Origin: a virus
Taxonomy: Duplodnaviria > Caudoviricetes
DNA: 25,189 nucleotides
Virus record (IMG/VR): IMGVR_UViG_3300038393_001469
Coordinates: 1 to 25,189 of that record
Strand: one strand, 5' to 3'
Each line of letters starts with the position of its first letter. Position 1 is the first letter of the stretch. This document shows, in pieces, positions 8,709 through 16,193 of this stretch. The notes under the pieces are model-generated. The model did no database searches. It had not been told where the DNA came from and was given only the letters and a program-made list of their open reading frames with translations. A program made the position numbers and the translations under genes.

Positions 8709-10055
8709 ATGGCCCGCCCGATCGACGCGCCCACCCTCGCCGCCCTCCACGGCTCCCGCACCGGCGACCGGCTCACCGTCTGGGCCTGGTACGGCGGGAA
8801 GCTCGCCTGGCCCGACCCCCTGCAGGTCTCCGCCTGGTCGATGGACTGGGACGACTCCCGCGGCTACCAGTCCATGAACCTGACCGTGCAGGACCCCTCC
8901 GGGGAGCTCGCCCCATGGCTGCTCGAGGACCCCCTCGGCTCCGGCGGCGCGAAGCTGCAGGTCATGTACGAGGTCGGCGGCGCCGGGACCGTGAATCTGG
9001 GCTGGTACCGGATCACCGACTCCGACCCGTCCGAGGAGTGGGCCGCCTATGTCGTCTCCGAGGCCGGGGCCGTCACCCCGGACACCCCCGTCGTCCCCGG
9101 GGCGGTGCTGAGGCTGGCCCCCATGGGCGCCACCATCGGCATCGGCGCGTCCGACCTCGCCCGCGTCGTCGCCAACGACCGCTTCGTCGCCCCCGAGTCC
9201 CCGCAGGGGAACTCGCCGACGGTGCTGGGGGAGATCCGGCGGCTGCTGGCCGACCGGGTCCCCGTCACCGTCGACGCCGGCGTCACCGACGCCCCGGTGA
9301 ACAAGACGCTGGTGTACCAGCAGCAGGGCGACCGGTGGGCCGCCGTGCAGGACCTCGCCAAGCGCCTCACCGCCGGGGTCAGGATGAACGGCGACGGCCA
9401 GTGCGAGGTCTACCCCCTCACCACCACGGACCCGGTCGCGAAGCTGTACGGCGGACCCGAGGGCCTCCTCGTCCGGGTCAACCGCGCCCAGGCCTACGAG
9501 GGCCTGTACAACTTCTTCGTCGCCGACGGCACCGCCACCGTCAACGGCCAGTCCGTCCCCGTCCGCGGCACCGCGTCCATCACCGCCGGGCCGCTCCGGT
9601 ACGGGGGCCCGCACGGGCGCTACCCGCAGTTCTACTCGTCCACGATGCTGACCACGCAGGACCAGTGCAACGCCTACGCCCGCACCATGCGCGACACGCA
9701 GATCGCGGGCCTGACCACCGACCTGACCGTCGAGGCCCTCCCGATGCCGCACCTGCAGGTGGGGGACTGGGTCACGGTCGCGAACCCGGTCGTCAACGGC
9801 ATGGCCGTGCCCCTCTCGGGCCGGGTGGTGAAGATGGGGCTGCGCGGCGCCGGCACGTCCGTGGACCGGATGACGCTGACGGTGCGGTGCTCCTACAGCG
9901 ACGTCACCACGGCCCTCGGGGCCGGGTCGGTGCTGGACAGCATCGCCGGGCCCGTGCTCCGCAACCAGCCCGGCATCCCCGCCGCCGGCACCCCGCGGGC
10001 CCTGTACCCGTCCGACAGCCTGTACCCGTCCGACTCCCTGACCCCGAGAGGCTGA
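8709..10055 (+). CDS. Minor tail / baseplate hub protein
   Basis: 448 aa with VNLGWYRI, DRWAAVQDLA, GPLRYGGPHGRYPQFYSS and PHLQVGDWV. Ends in a LYPSDS tandem repeat. Confidence 0.8.
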   Translation: MARPIDAPTLAALHGSRTGDRLTVWAWYGGKLAWPDPLQVSAWSMDWDDSRGYQSMNLTVQDPSGELAPWLLEDPLGSGGAKLQVMYEVGGAGTVNLGWYRITDSDPSEEWAAYVVSEAGAVTPDTPVVPGAVLRLAPMGATIGIGASDLARVVANDRFVAPESPQGNSPTVLGEIRRLLADRVPVTVDAGVTDAPVNKTLVYQQQGDRWAAVQDLAKRLTAGVRMNGDGQCEVYPLTTTDPVAKLYGGPEGLLVRVNRAQAYEGLYNFFVADGTATVNGQSVPVRGTASITAGPLRYGGPHGRYPQFYSSTMLTTQDQCNAYARTMRDTQIAGLTTDLTVEALPMPHLQVGDWVTVANPVVNGMAVPLSGRVVKMGLRGAGTSVDRMTLTVRCSYSDVTTALGAGSVLDSIAGPVLRNQPGIPAAGTPRALYPSDSLYPSDSLTPRG

Positions 10056-10057
10056 CC

Positions 10058-11008
10058 GTGTCCCTGTTCGGCCCGCTCCTGCGAAACCTCGCCCCCCGGG
10101 CCGTGACCCGCCTGCAGGGGGTCATGGTCGCCCCGTACGGGGGCGGCCCGCTCTCGGTCAACGTCAACGGCTCCACGATCCCGGCCCGTATCATCGACCC
10201 CCTCACCGTCGTGGAGGGGGACCCGGTCGCGGTGGACTTCGTCGCCGGGCCCGAGGGGCAGGCCGAGGCGTGGATCGTCGGCCGCCTCGGCACGGCCCCC
10301 CGCCCGGCCACCGCCACGGTGTCCGCCGTCCCGGTGGGGTCGCCGACGATCACCGTGACGGACACGGACGGGAACGACTACGACGCCGTCTACCTCTCGG
10401 CCTACACCCCCACCGTGGGGGACGCGGTCGCCCTGACGTGGGCGGCCGGGCAGCCCACCGCCACCGGCAAGGTCACCGTCGCCCCCGACCCGAGCCCGGT
10501 AGCCTCCCCGATCGACCCGCCCCCCGCCCTCGCCTCGTGGGGCACCTCGGACTACGCCGCCACCGACACCGCCACCTGGACCGGTTCGGCGTGGGGCTGG
10601 CAGGGCACCTCGGACGTCTACCAGGGCGACGGCGGGTCCGGGCCCCTGACCGGGGCGTGGTTCTACGGCGGCTCCCCGGCCGAGCTCGCCGGCCGCACCG
10701 TCACCGCCATCCGCTTCACCCTCGGCCCCCGCAACGGCGCCGGCACCCCCGACGCCCCGGTCACCGTGAACCTCTCCACCCACACCTCCTCCGGCCGCCC
10801 CGCCGGGAACGTCGCCCTCGGCACCGCCACCACGACCGTGACCGCCGGGCCGTGGCAGGGCGGCACCGTCTACACCCTCCCCACCTCCTTCGCCGCCGAC
10901 CTCCTCGCAGGCGGCGGCATCGCCATCAGCGGCGGGACCTACGCGGGCTTCACCGGACGCACCCGGCAGCCCGACTCCGGGCTCCTGTCGATCGACTGGA
11001 CCAGATAG
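10058..11008 (+). CDS. Minor tail protein
   Basis: GTG at 10058 within track ORF 8519..11008. Contains YTPTVGD, DVYQG...GAWFYG and SGLLSIDW. Confidence 0.75.
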   Translation: MSLFGPLLRNLAPRAVTRLQGVMVAPYGGGPLSVNVNGSTIPARIIDPLTVVEGDPVAVDFVAGPEGQAEAWIVGRLGTAPRPATATVSAVPVGSPTITVTDTDGNDYDAVYLSAYTPTVGDAVALTWAAGQPTATGKVTVAPDPSPVASPIDPPPALASWGTSDYAATDTATWTGSAWGWQGTSDVYQGDGGSGPLTGAWFYGGSPAELAGRTVTAIRFTLGPRNGAGTPDAPVTVNLSTHTSSGRPAGNVALGTATTTVTAGPWQGGTVYTLPTSFAADLLAGGGIAISGGTYAGFTGRTRQPDSGLLSIDWTR

Positions 11009-11017
11009 GACCCGCCC

Positions 11018-11659
11018 GTGCCGCAGACACGCCCGAACAAGATCACCGTCCCGGTCAACGCCGACGCCTGGAACCTCGCCGGCGACCTCGCCACCATGGC
11101 CGACAGCGTCCAAGCCGTCATCCCCGTGGCATCCCAGACCGAACGGGACGCCCTCACCAAGGCCAACGGCCTCGTCGTCTCCCGCGGGGACCTCGGCGGC
11201 CTCATCGAGGTCTGCGACGGGACCTCGTGGCACTCCCCGACGAAGGTCCGCACAGCCGAGTGGACCAACGGCGGCGGCTACTCCGTCACCGGCAACCAGC
11301 CGTGGGACATCGGCCCCCTCACCCCGACCTCGGTGACATTCAACAACACCTTCTGCAACAACACCGGCACCCTCTCCGGGCAGGTCAACATCACCGAGAC
11401 CGCCGTGTACTCGATCTTCCTGCGCCTGTCCAACTTCAACGTCGACCCGGGCCTGTCCAACGCCAAGCTCATCGGCAACGGCTCCACCGTGTGGGCCGAG
11501 CGGGTCAACACCGGCGGCTCCGGCAACGGCCTGTGGGAGTGGGACGTCGAGCGCTCCAACGTCTACCTCACCGCCGGGCAGACCGTCCGCGGCACCATCA
11601 AGACGACCAACACGTGCACCATGACCGCGCTGCTGGCCATCACCAAGGTCCAAGGATGA
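11018..11659 (+). CDS. Minor tail protein / possible receptor-binding protein
   Basis: N-terminal PVASQTERDAL anchor-like motif followed by a beta-rich C-terminal domain (VYLTAGQTV). Last tail gene before the lysis cassette. Confidence 0.65.
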   Translation: MPQTRPNKITVPVNADAWNLAGDLATMADSVQAVIPVASQTERDALTKANGLVVSRGDLGGLIEVCDGTSWHSPTKVRTAEWTNGGGYSVTGNQPWDIGPLTPTSVTFNNTFCNNTGTLSGQVNITETAVYSIFLRLSNFNVDPGLSNAKLIGNGSTVWAERVNTGGSGNGLWEWDVERSNVYLTAGQTVRGTIKTTNTCTMTALLAITKVQG

Positions 11660-12036
11660 ACGGGGCCGACCAGACCCTCTGGTCCGTGATCATCGCCGGC
11701 GCGTCCGGGCTCGGCGGCGGGGCCGCGGGCTGGTTCGGCAAGCGCCGCCAGTTCGCCCGCGACGACCGGCACGACGCCGCCGCCGAACAGGCCGCCGCCG
11801 TGTCCGAGCGCTCCGAGCTCATCCGCACCATCACCGACTCCCTCGTCGAGCCCCTCCGCGCCGAGCTCAAGGAGCTGCGCGAATGGAAGGCCGACGCCGA
11901 GCGGCGCATCGACGCCCTCGAGGACCGCAACGACCGCCTCGTCGCCTTCGTCTACCGCCTCGTCGGCATCATCCGCGCCCACGGCATCGACCACGAGATC
12001 ACCCCCGCGGACATCCCCCCCGGCATCCACCTCTAG
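11656..12036 (+). CDS. Membrane-anchored coiled-coil protein (lysis-associated)
   Basis: ATGA overlap. One N-terminal hydrophobic segment (LWSVIIAGASGLGGGAAGWF), then KRR and a coiled coil. Directly upstream of the lysin. Confidence 0.7.
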   Translation: MNGADQTLWSVIIAGASGLGGGAAGWFGKRRQFARDDRHDAAAEQAAAVSERSELIRTITDSLVEPLRAELKELREWKADAERRIDALEDRNDRLVAFVYRLVGIIRAHGIDHEITPADIPPGIHL

Positions 12037-12044
12037 GAGGCACC

Positions 12045-12770
12045 GTGCCCCTGTACGGCATCGACATCTCCGGCTACCAGGGCGGCATCGACCTCTCCGT
12101 CGTGCCGTGCGACTTCGTCGGCATCTACGTCTCCGGCGGCGTCTACTCCGGCAACGCCCACATGCTCGAGCAGGTCAAGGGCGCCCTCGACAACGGCAAG
12201 CGGCTGATCCTGTACCACTTCGAGAACGACGGCACCCCCGGCACGGGGGCGCAGGAGGCCGAGTGGTTCCTGACCGTGGTGCACCACCTCGAGGACACCC
12301 TCGGCAGGCTCCCCGCGAACACCCTGTACGCCCTCGACAACGAGACGGGCAACGCCCGGAACATCGGCTGGCAGCAGGTGTGGCTCGACACGGTGCGGGT
12401 CGACCGCGGGGCCGGGGTGGGCATGTACGCCCCCTTCACGAACATCGCGGACGGCATCTACCAGCCCCTGCGCGACGCGGGCTACTTCCTGTGGGAGTCG
12501 GCCTACATCCTCGGCGCCCAGCGCGTCTACGGCTACCAGCCCCCCGCGGGGCGGTCCCCGATCCCCGGCGGAGACCCGGCCATCTGGCAGTTCACCCCGT
12601 CCCTGGTCCTGCCGGGCTGGCAGGGCCTGCTCGACGGGGACGTGTTCTTCGGCGGCCCGGCCGACTGGGACGCCCTCGCCGGCGCCACCGGCACCGCTGC
12701 ATCCACGGTCACCCCGATCGTCACCGACCCCGAGGCGCAGTTCCTCATCAAACTGTTCGGCAAAGCCTAG
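12045..12770 (+). CDS. Endolysin, GH25 muramidase catalytic domain
   Basis: GTG after TAGGAGG. YGIDISGYQ start, YHF, catalytic DxE (ALDNE), IWQFT and LDGDVF motifs. No obvious cell-wall-binding domain. Confidence 0.85.
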   Translation: MPLYGIDISGYQGGIDLSVVPCDFVGIYVSGGVYSGNAHMLEQVKGALDNGKRLILYHFENDGTPGTGAQEAEWFLTVVHHLEDTLGRLPANTLYALDNETGNARNIGWQQVWLDTVRVDRGAGVGMYAPFTNIADGIYQPLRDAGYFLWESAYILGAQRVYGYQPPAGRSPIPGGDPAIWQFTPSLVLPGWQGLLDGDVFFGGPADWDALAGATGTAASTVTPIVTDPEAQFLIKLFGKA

Positions 12771-12779
12771 GAGGCCCCC

Positions 12780-13184
12780 ATGTCCGAAGACACCCGGCTC
12801 CCGGACGACAGCGTCCACACCGCCACGAACCAGCAGAAGCTCGACGACATCTGGTGGGAGGCCCGCTCCACCACGGGTGCGGGGGAGGCCCTGCTCAACC
12901 AGGGCATCCCGAAGCTCGGCCCGGACTGGAAGCCGGTCCCGGGCGTGCACACCACCCCGGCCACCGAACTCGGGGCGCTGCCGCAGAACTTCGCCAACCT
13001 CAGGGCCAGTGTGGACGCGCTCAAGGCCTCCATCCCGGTCGCCGTCAACGCCGCCGTCGCCGCGGCGGTGCCGGGCGCGGTCAAGGCCGCCCTCGCCGGG
13101 ACGACGCCCGCCGCGGTGGACCCGTCCGCGATCGCCAAGGCCGTCGCCACCGAACTCGCCGCCCGCCTCACCAAGGGAGCCTGA
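12780..13184 (+). CDS. Lysin-associated protein resembling an endolysin C-terminal region
   Basis: 134 aa between the lysin and holin genes. Ends VDPSAIAKAVATELAARL, a helix pattern I recognise from actinophage lysin C-termini. Confidence 0.55.
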   Translation: MSEDTRLPDDSVHTATNQQKLDDIWWEARSTTGAGEALLNQGIPKLGPDWKPVPGVHTTPATELGALPQNFANLRASVDALKASIPVAVNAAVAAAVPGAVKAALAGTTPAAVDPSAIAKAVATELAARLTKGA

Positions 13185-13187
13185 CCC

Positions 13188-13451
13188 ATGGCCGCCTCAC
13201 TCCGCCCCACCCCCAAGGTCCTCTCCGGCGCCACCTGGGCCACCCTCGTCACCTTCGCCGTCAACAGCATCACCCCGGAGATGCTGGCCGGGCTGGGCAA
13301 GTGGGAGCCCCTCGTCTCGGCGGGCATCGCGATCGTCTCCTACGCGGCCGGGTCTTACCTCAAGGCCGAGCCCGCACCCGACGCCCCGGCGCCGGACCCT
13401 TCGACCGTCGTGGACGTCCTCGCCCAGCGCCTCGCCACCCCGAGCAAGTAG
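13188..13451 (+). CDS. Holin-like protein
   Basis: 87 aa with two hydrophobic segments, a KV motif near the N-terminus and AAGSYLK after the second helix. Lies in the lysis cassette. Confidence 0.7.
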   Translation: MAASLRPTPKVLSGATWATLVTFAVNSITPEMLAGLGKWEPLVSAGIAIVSYAAGSYLKAEPAPDAPAPDPSTVVDVLAQRLATPSK

Positions 13452-13460
13452 GAGGCCAGC

Positions 13461-15551
13461 ATGGGACGCATCTGGACCAACGGCTCCGGCCTCGCCCTCA
13501 ACGCCACCAACCTCAACAGCCTTGAGGGCGACGTCGGCCGTTCTGTGAAGCCGTGGGCGGCCAACACCGACTACACCGCCGGGCAGGCCGTCATCGACCC
13601 CACCGGCAACTTCGTCACCGCGAACTCCACCCACACCTCCGGCGCCTCCTACACGGCGGCCCATTGGACCACTCCGTACGCGGGGAAGGCTACGGACACC
13701 ACCGCCCAGCAGGCGCGGCAGGCCGTCGCCCAGATCCAGTCCGTGCCCCGCATCGCCCCAGCCGGGATGGGATGGGGGTACTTCCGCCTCATCACGGTCA
13801 CGGACTCCGGCACGAACCCCAAGTACGACTTCGCCGTCAACGTGGCCCTGACATCCTCCAACTTCGACTTCCTCAAAACCGCCACCGACGGATCCGACAT
13901 CCAGTTCCGGGGCGCAGACGGCGTCACTGTCCTCGACCACTGGGTCGAGTCCTGGTCCCTGCCGAACCTGACCGCGAGCGTGTGGGTCAAGGTCCCCTAC
14001 ATCGCGGCCGGGTCCACCGTGACCCTGCGCCTGTACTACGGGGCGAAGGCGCAGGTCGTCCCGACCTCGAACCTGCGCCGCGCCCTGACACTCGGGGCCG
14101 ACTTCGACGACCAGTCCGCACGGGTCGCGCACCCCGCGATCAGTTCCCCGACCGTCATCGCGCAGATGTCCGACTTCTCCGGCGCGACCACGGGCCCGCA
14201 CACCCTGAGCCTGCTGGACTACGGCACGGACGCGGCATCTCCGAACGGGTACCGCTTCTGGGGGTACATCGGCCTGCAGAACAACGCAGGCTCGAACGTC
14301 TACATCGCGTTCTCCCACGACGCGAAGAACTGGGCCAAGCAGTCCGCCGCGATCTTGACCGGCTCGCACCGCTGGCCCGATGTGAAACGCGACAGCACCG
14401 GCCTCTACCACATGATCGTCGCCGAAGCGTCCTCATCCAGGCTGGACCGCTACACGTCCTCGGACGGGCTAACCAACTGGACCCTCGCCGAGACGGTCGT
14501 CCCGTACAGCAGCGGCACCTACAAGGTCGGCAACCCGTACGTCATGGTCGACCCCATCTCCGGGCTCTACTACCTCTACTACATGTTCAACCAGCAGAGC
14601 CCGGTCACCCGCGGAGAGATCCGCGTCCGGCGCGCCACCACCATCCAGGGACTCACCCAGGCTCCGGACGTGCGCATATTCGAGACCCCCCTCGTGCTCG
14701 CAGCGCCCGCTGTGGCCTACTTCGACGGGCTGTACTGGATGTACGTCGAGGACTACGACAACAGCACCCCCGTGTGGCGCTCCCAGGTCTACACGTCCAC
14801 GACCCCGACCGGGCCGTGGCTGCCCGCGACCAACTCCATGCTCGTCACCGACAACGAGGCGTGCATGCGCCCCTATGTGGTGGACGGGCAGCTCCTGCTG
14901 TTCTCCAGCATCTTCGACGGCGCTTCCACATGGACCCTCGACGAGCGCACCGCCACCCCCGCCCGCGGGACCGCGGCGCTGCCCTACACGAGCACCTACC
15001 CGCTGCACGCGTGGGGCGGCTACGCCGTGGCGAACATGCTCGACGACGCCCCCGGCCAGCACGTCGGGCAGGTCGCGTGCCCCACCGGCGGCCCAGCCAA
15101 CCAGCAGTCGGTGTACGCCGACAAGCAGCACCCGGCAGGGTTCGCGCTCAAGGCCTCCGTCAAGCGGGTCGCCGGGACCTACTGGTACTTCCGGTGGGCG
15201 CTGGACTTCAACGGCGTCGGCTACCGCTGCTACATCGGCAACACCGGGGCGCAGTGGTCAAAGATCAGCGGCTGGGGCGGTTCCAACACGGTCATCACGT
15301 CCCCGACGATCAGCAACTACTGGACGGCCGGGTACAACACGGTCGAGGTGAAGATCACCCCCGCCGGGGTCCTCACCGTGGCCCTGAACGGGAACACCGT
15401 CATCAGCGCCACGGACACGACCTACGACCGGGCCGGGTACCTCTCGTTGGAGGCGTCGGCGGGTGAGACGTGGAACTACGACTACTTCTTCGTCCGCCCC
15501 TACGACGGGTCTGACCCTGCTGTGACGGTCGGTTCCGAGAACGTCGCCTAG
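13461..15551 (+). CDS. Multi-domain fibre/appendage-like protein: CBM5/12-like, DUF2341-like, five-bladed beta-propeller (GH43/GH32-like) and lectin-like beta-sandwich
   Basis: WAANTDYTAGQAV...HW (CBM-like); FDFLKTATDGSDIQF...LDHWVESW...VWVKVP...LYYG (DUF2341-like); SHDAKNW, SSDGLTNW, GNPYV, APAVAYFDGLYWMY and PTGPW (propeller blades); C-terminal YDYFFVRPY...P. Confidence 0.65.
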   Translation: MGRIWTNGSGLALNATNLNSLEGDVGRSVKPWAANTDYTAGQAVIDPTGNFVTANSTHTSGASYTAAHWTTPYAGKATDTTAQQARQAVAQIQSVPRIAPAGMGWGYFRLITVTDSGTNPKYDFAVNVALTSSNFDFLKTATDGSDIQFRGADGVTVLDHWVESWSLPNLTASVWVKVPYIAAGSTVTLRLYYGAKAQVVPTSNLRRALTLGADFDDQSARVAHPAISSPTVIAQMSDFSGATTGPHTLSLLDYGTDAASPNGYRFWGYIGLQNNAGSNVYIAFSHDAKNWAKQSAAILTGSHRWPDVKRDSTGLYHMIVAEASSSRLDRYTSSDGLTNWTLAETVVPYSSGTYKVGNPYVMVDPISGLYYLYYMFNQQSPVTRGEIRVRRATTIQGLTQAPDVRIFETPLVLAAPAVAYFDGLYWMYVEDYDNSTPVWRSQVYTSTTPTGPWLPATNSMLVTDNEACMRPYVVDGQLLLFSSIFDGASTWTLDERTATPARGTAALPYTSTYPLHAWGGYAVANMLDDAPGQHVGQVACPTGGPANQQSVYADKQHPAGFALKASVKRVAGTYWYFRWALDFNGVGYRCYIGNTGAQWSKISGWGGSNTVITSPTISNYWTAGYNTVEVKITPAGVLTVALNGNTVISATDTTYDRAGYLSLEASAGETWNYDYFFVRPYDGSDPAVTVGSENVA

Positions 15552-15835
15552 CGCCCGTCGTACTGGGGGCAGCCCTCCGAGATCGCGGCACGCGCCGAGT
15601 AGACAGCCGTGTCGTGGTCCGGGTACTTGCCCCGGTTCACGAGGTCCCGGCCGAGGCCCCCGACGGTCGCGGCCGGGTCCTTCATGTACTCGCACACGTA
15701 GCCGATGAGCTCCGCACGGGCCGTCAGCTCGGCCGAGGCCGACGACGATGCCGACACCCCTGCCGTCGTCGGGCCCGCGGCGCAGCCGGCGAGCAGGACC
15801 CCCAATGCCGCCACAGCGGCCACCCTCTGCATCAT
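15548..15835 (-). CDS. Small lipoprotein
   Basis: Signal peptide MMQRVAAVAALGVLLAG/C (lipobox), Ser/Ala linker, and a small domain with two Cys (YVCEY...EGCPQY). Confidence 0.75.
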   Translation of the reverse strand: MMQRVAAVAALGVLLAGCAAGPTTAGVSASSSASAELTARAELIGYVCEYMKDPAATVGGLGRDLVNRGKYPDHDTAVYSARAAISEGCPQYDGR

Positions 15836-15848
15836 GCGTCACAGTCTA
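15836..15848 (-). promoter_or_regulatory. Putative -10 element (TAGACT) for a leaderless lipoprotein transcript
   Basis: TAGACT on the minus strand at 15848-15843, 7 nt before the ATG, with no SD sequence. Confidence 0.5.
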
Positions 15849-15872
15849 CCGGGGCACGTAACCGGCGACTCA

Positions 15873-15891
15873 AAGTGGAGAGTAAGTGGAG
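15873..15891. repeat. Putative integrase arm-type binding sites
   Basis: AAGTGGAG direct repeat at 15873-15880 and 15884-15891. A related AACTGGAG lies on the other side of the core at 16112-16119. Confidence 0.5.
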
Positions 15892-15951
15892 GATTTGGCC
15901 GGTGGGGTCCGGGCCCGGAACCGTGGCATCCGCGTGATTCCGGGCCATTCA

Positions 15952-15987
15952 GCGCCCCAGGAGGGAATCGAACCCCCGACCAAGAGA
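15952..15987 (-). other. attP common core: 3' half of a tRNA gene (possibly tRNA-Arg)
   Basis: Minus strand reads TCTCTTGGTC-GGGGG-TTCGATT-CCCTC-CTGGGGC-GC: anticodon-stem 3' strand, variable loop, T-arm and acceptor 3' strand. No D-arm or 5' half. About 200 bp from the integrase 3' end, with phage genes on both sides. Confidence 0.8.
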
Positions 15988-16150
15988 GTATGGGGCTGCA
16001 TACTCCCGCACCCCGGTTTCATGCCGATCCTGCGGGTATCGCCCGGGACGGGATGCAACACCCGCCGAGCCCCGCACGGTCCCGCGGCCTACCGCACTGT
16101 GGACAACTCCAAACTGGAGTGTTTCTGGACAGGGGACGCATTCCAGATAG

Positions 16151-16190
16151 GACGAAGGCCCCCCGGAGAGATCCGGGGGGCCTTTTCGTC
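16151..16190. terminator. Intrinsic terminator, probably bidirectional, downstream of the integrase
   Basis: AAGGCCCCCCGGA-gaga-TCCGGGGGGCCTT 13-bp stem followed by TTCGTC, 3 nt from the integrase stop. Confidence 0.8.
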
Positions 16191-16193
16191 GTC

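Noticed and set aside
195-14411. Long minus-strand ORFs (e.g. 195..1181, 3980..5635, 4569..7136, 8328..9752, 9893..11653, 13197..14411)
   Set aside because: Antisense shadows of strongly biased GC-rich genes, with no recognisable motifs or RBS.
11018-15551. Diversity-generating retroelement or invertible tail-fibre cassette
   Set aside because: I saw no reverse transcriptase, invertase or template/variable repeat pair in the window.
15952-16030. Complete tRNA gene
   Set aside because: Only the 3' half is present. No D-arm, anticodon loop or matching 5' acceptor strand, so it is read as an att core.
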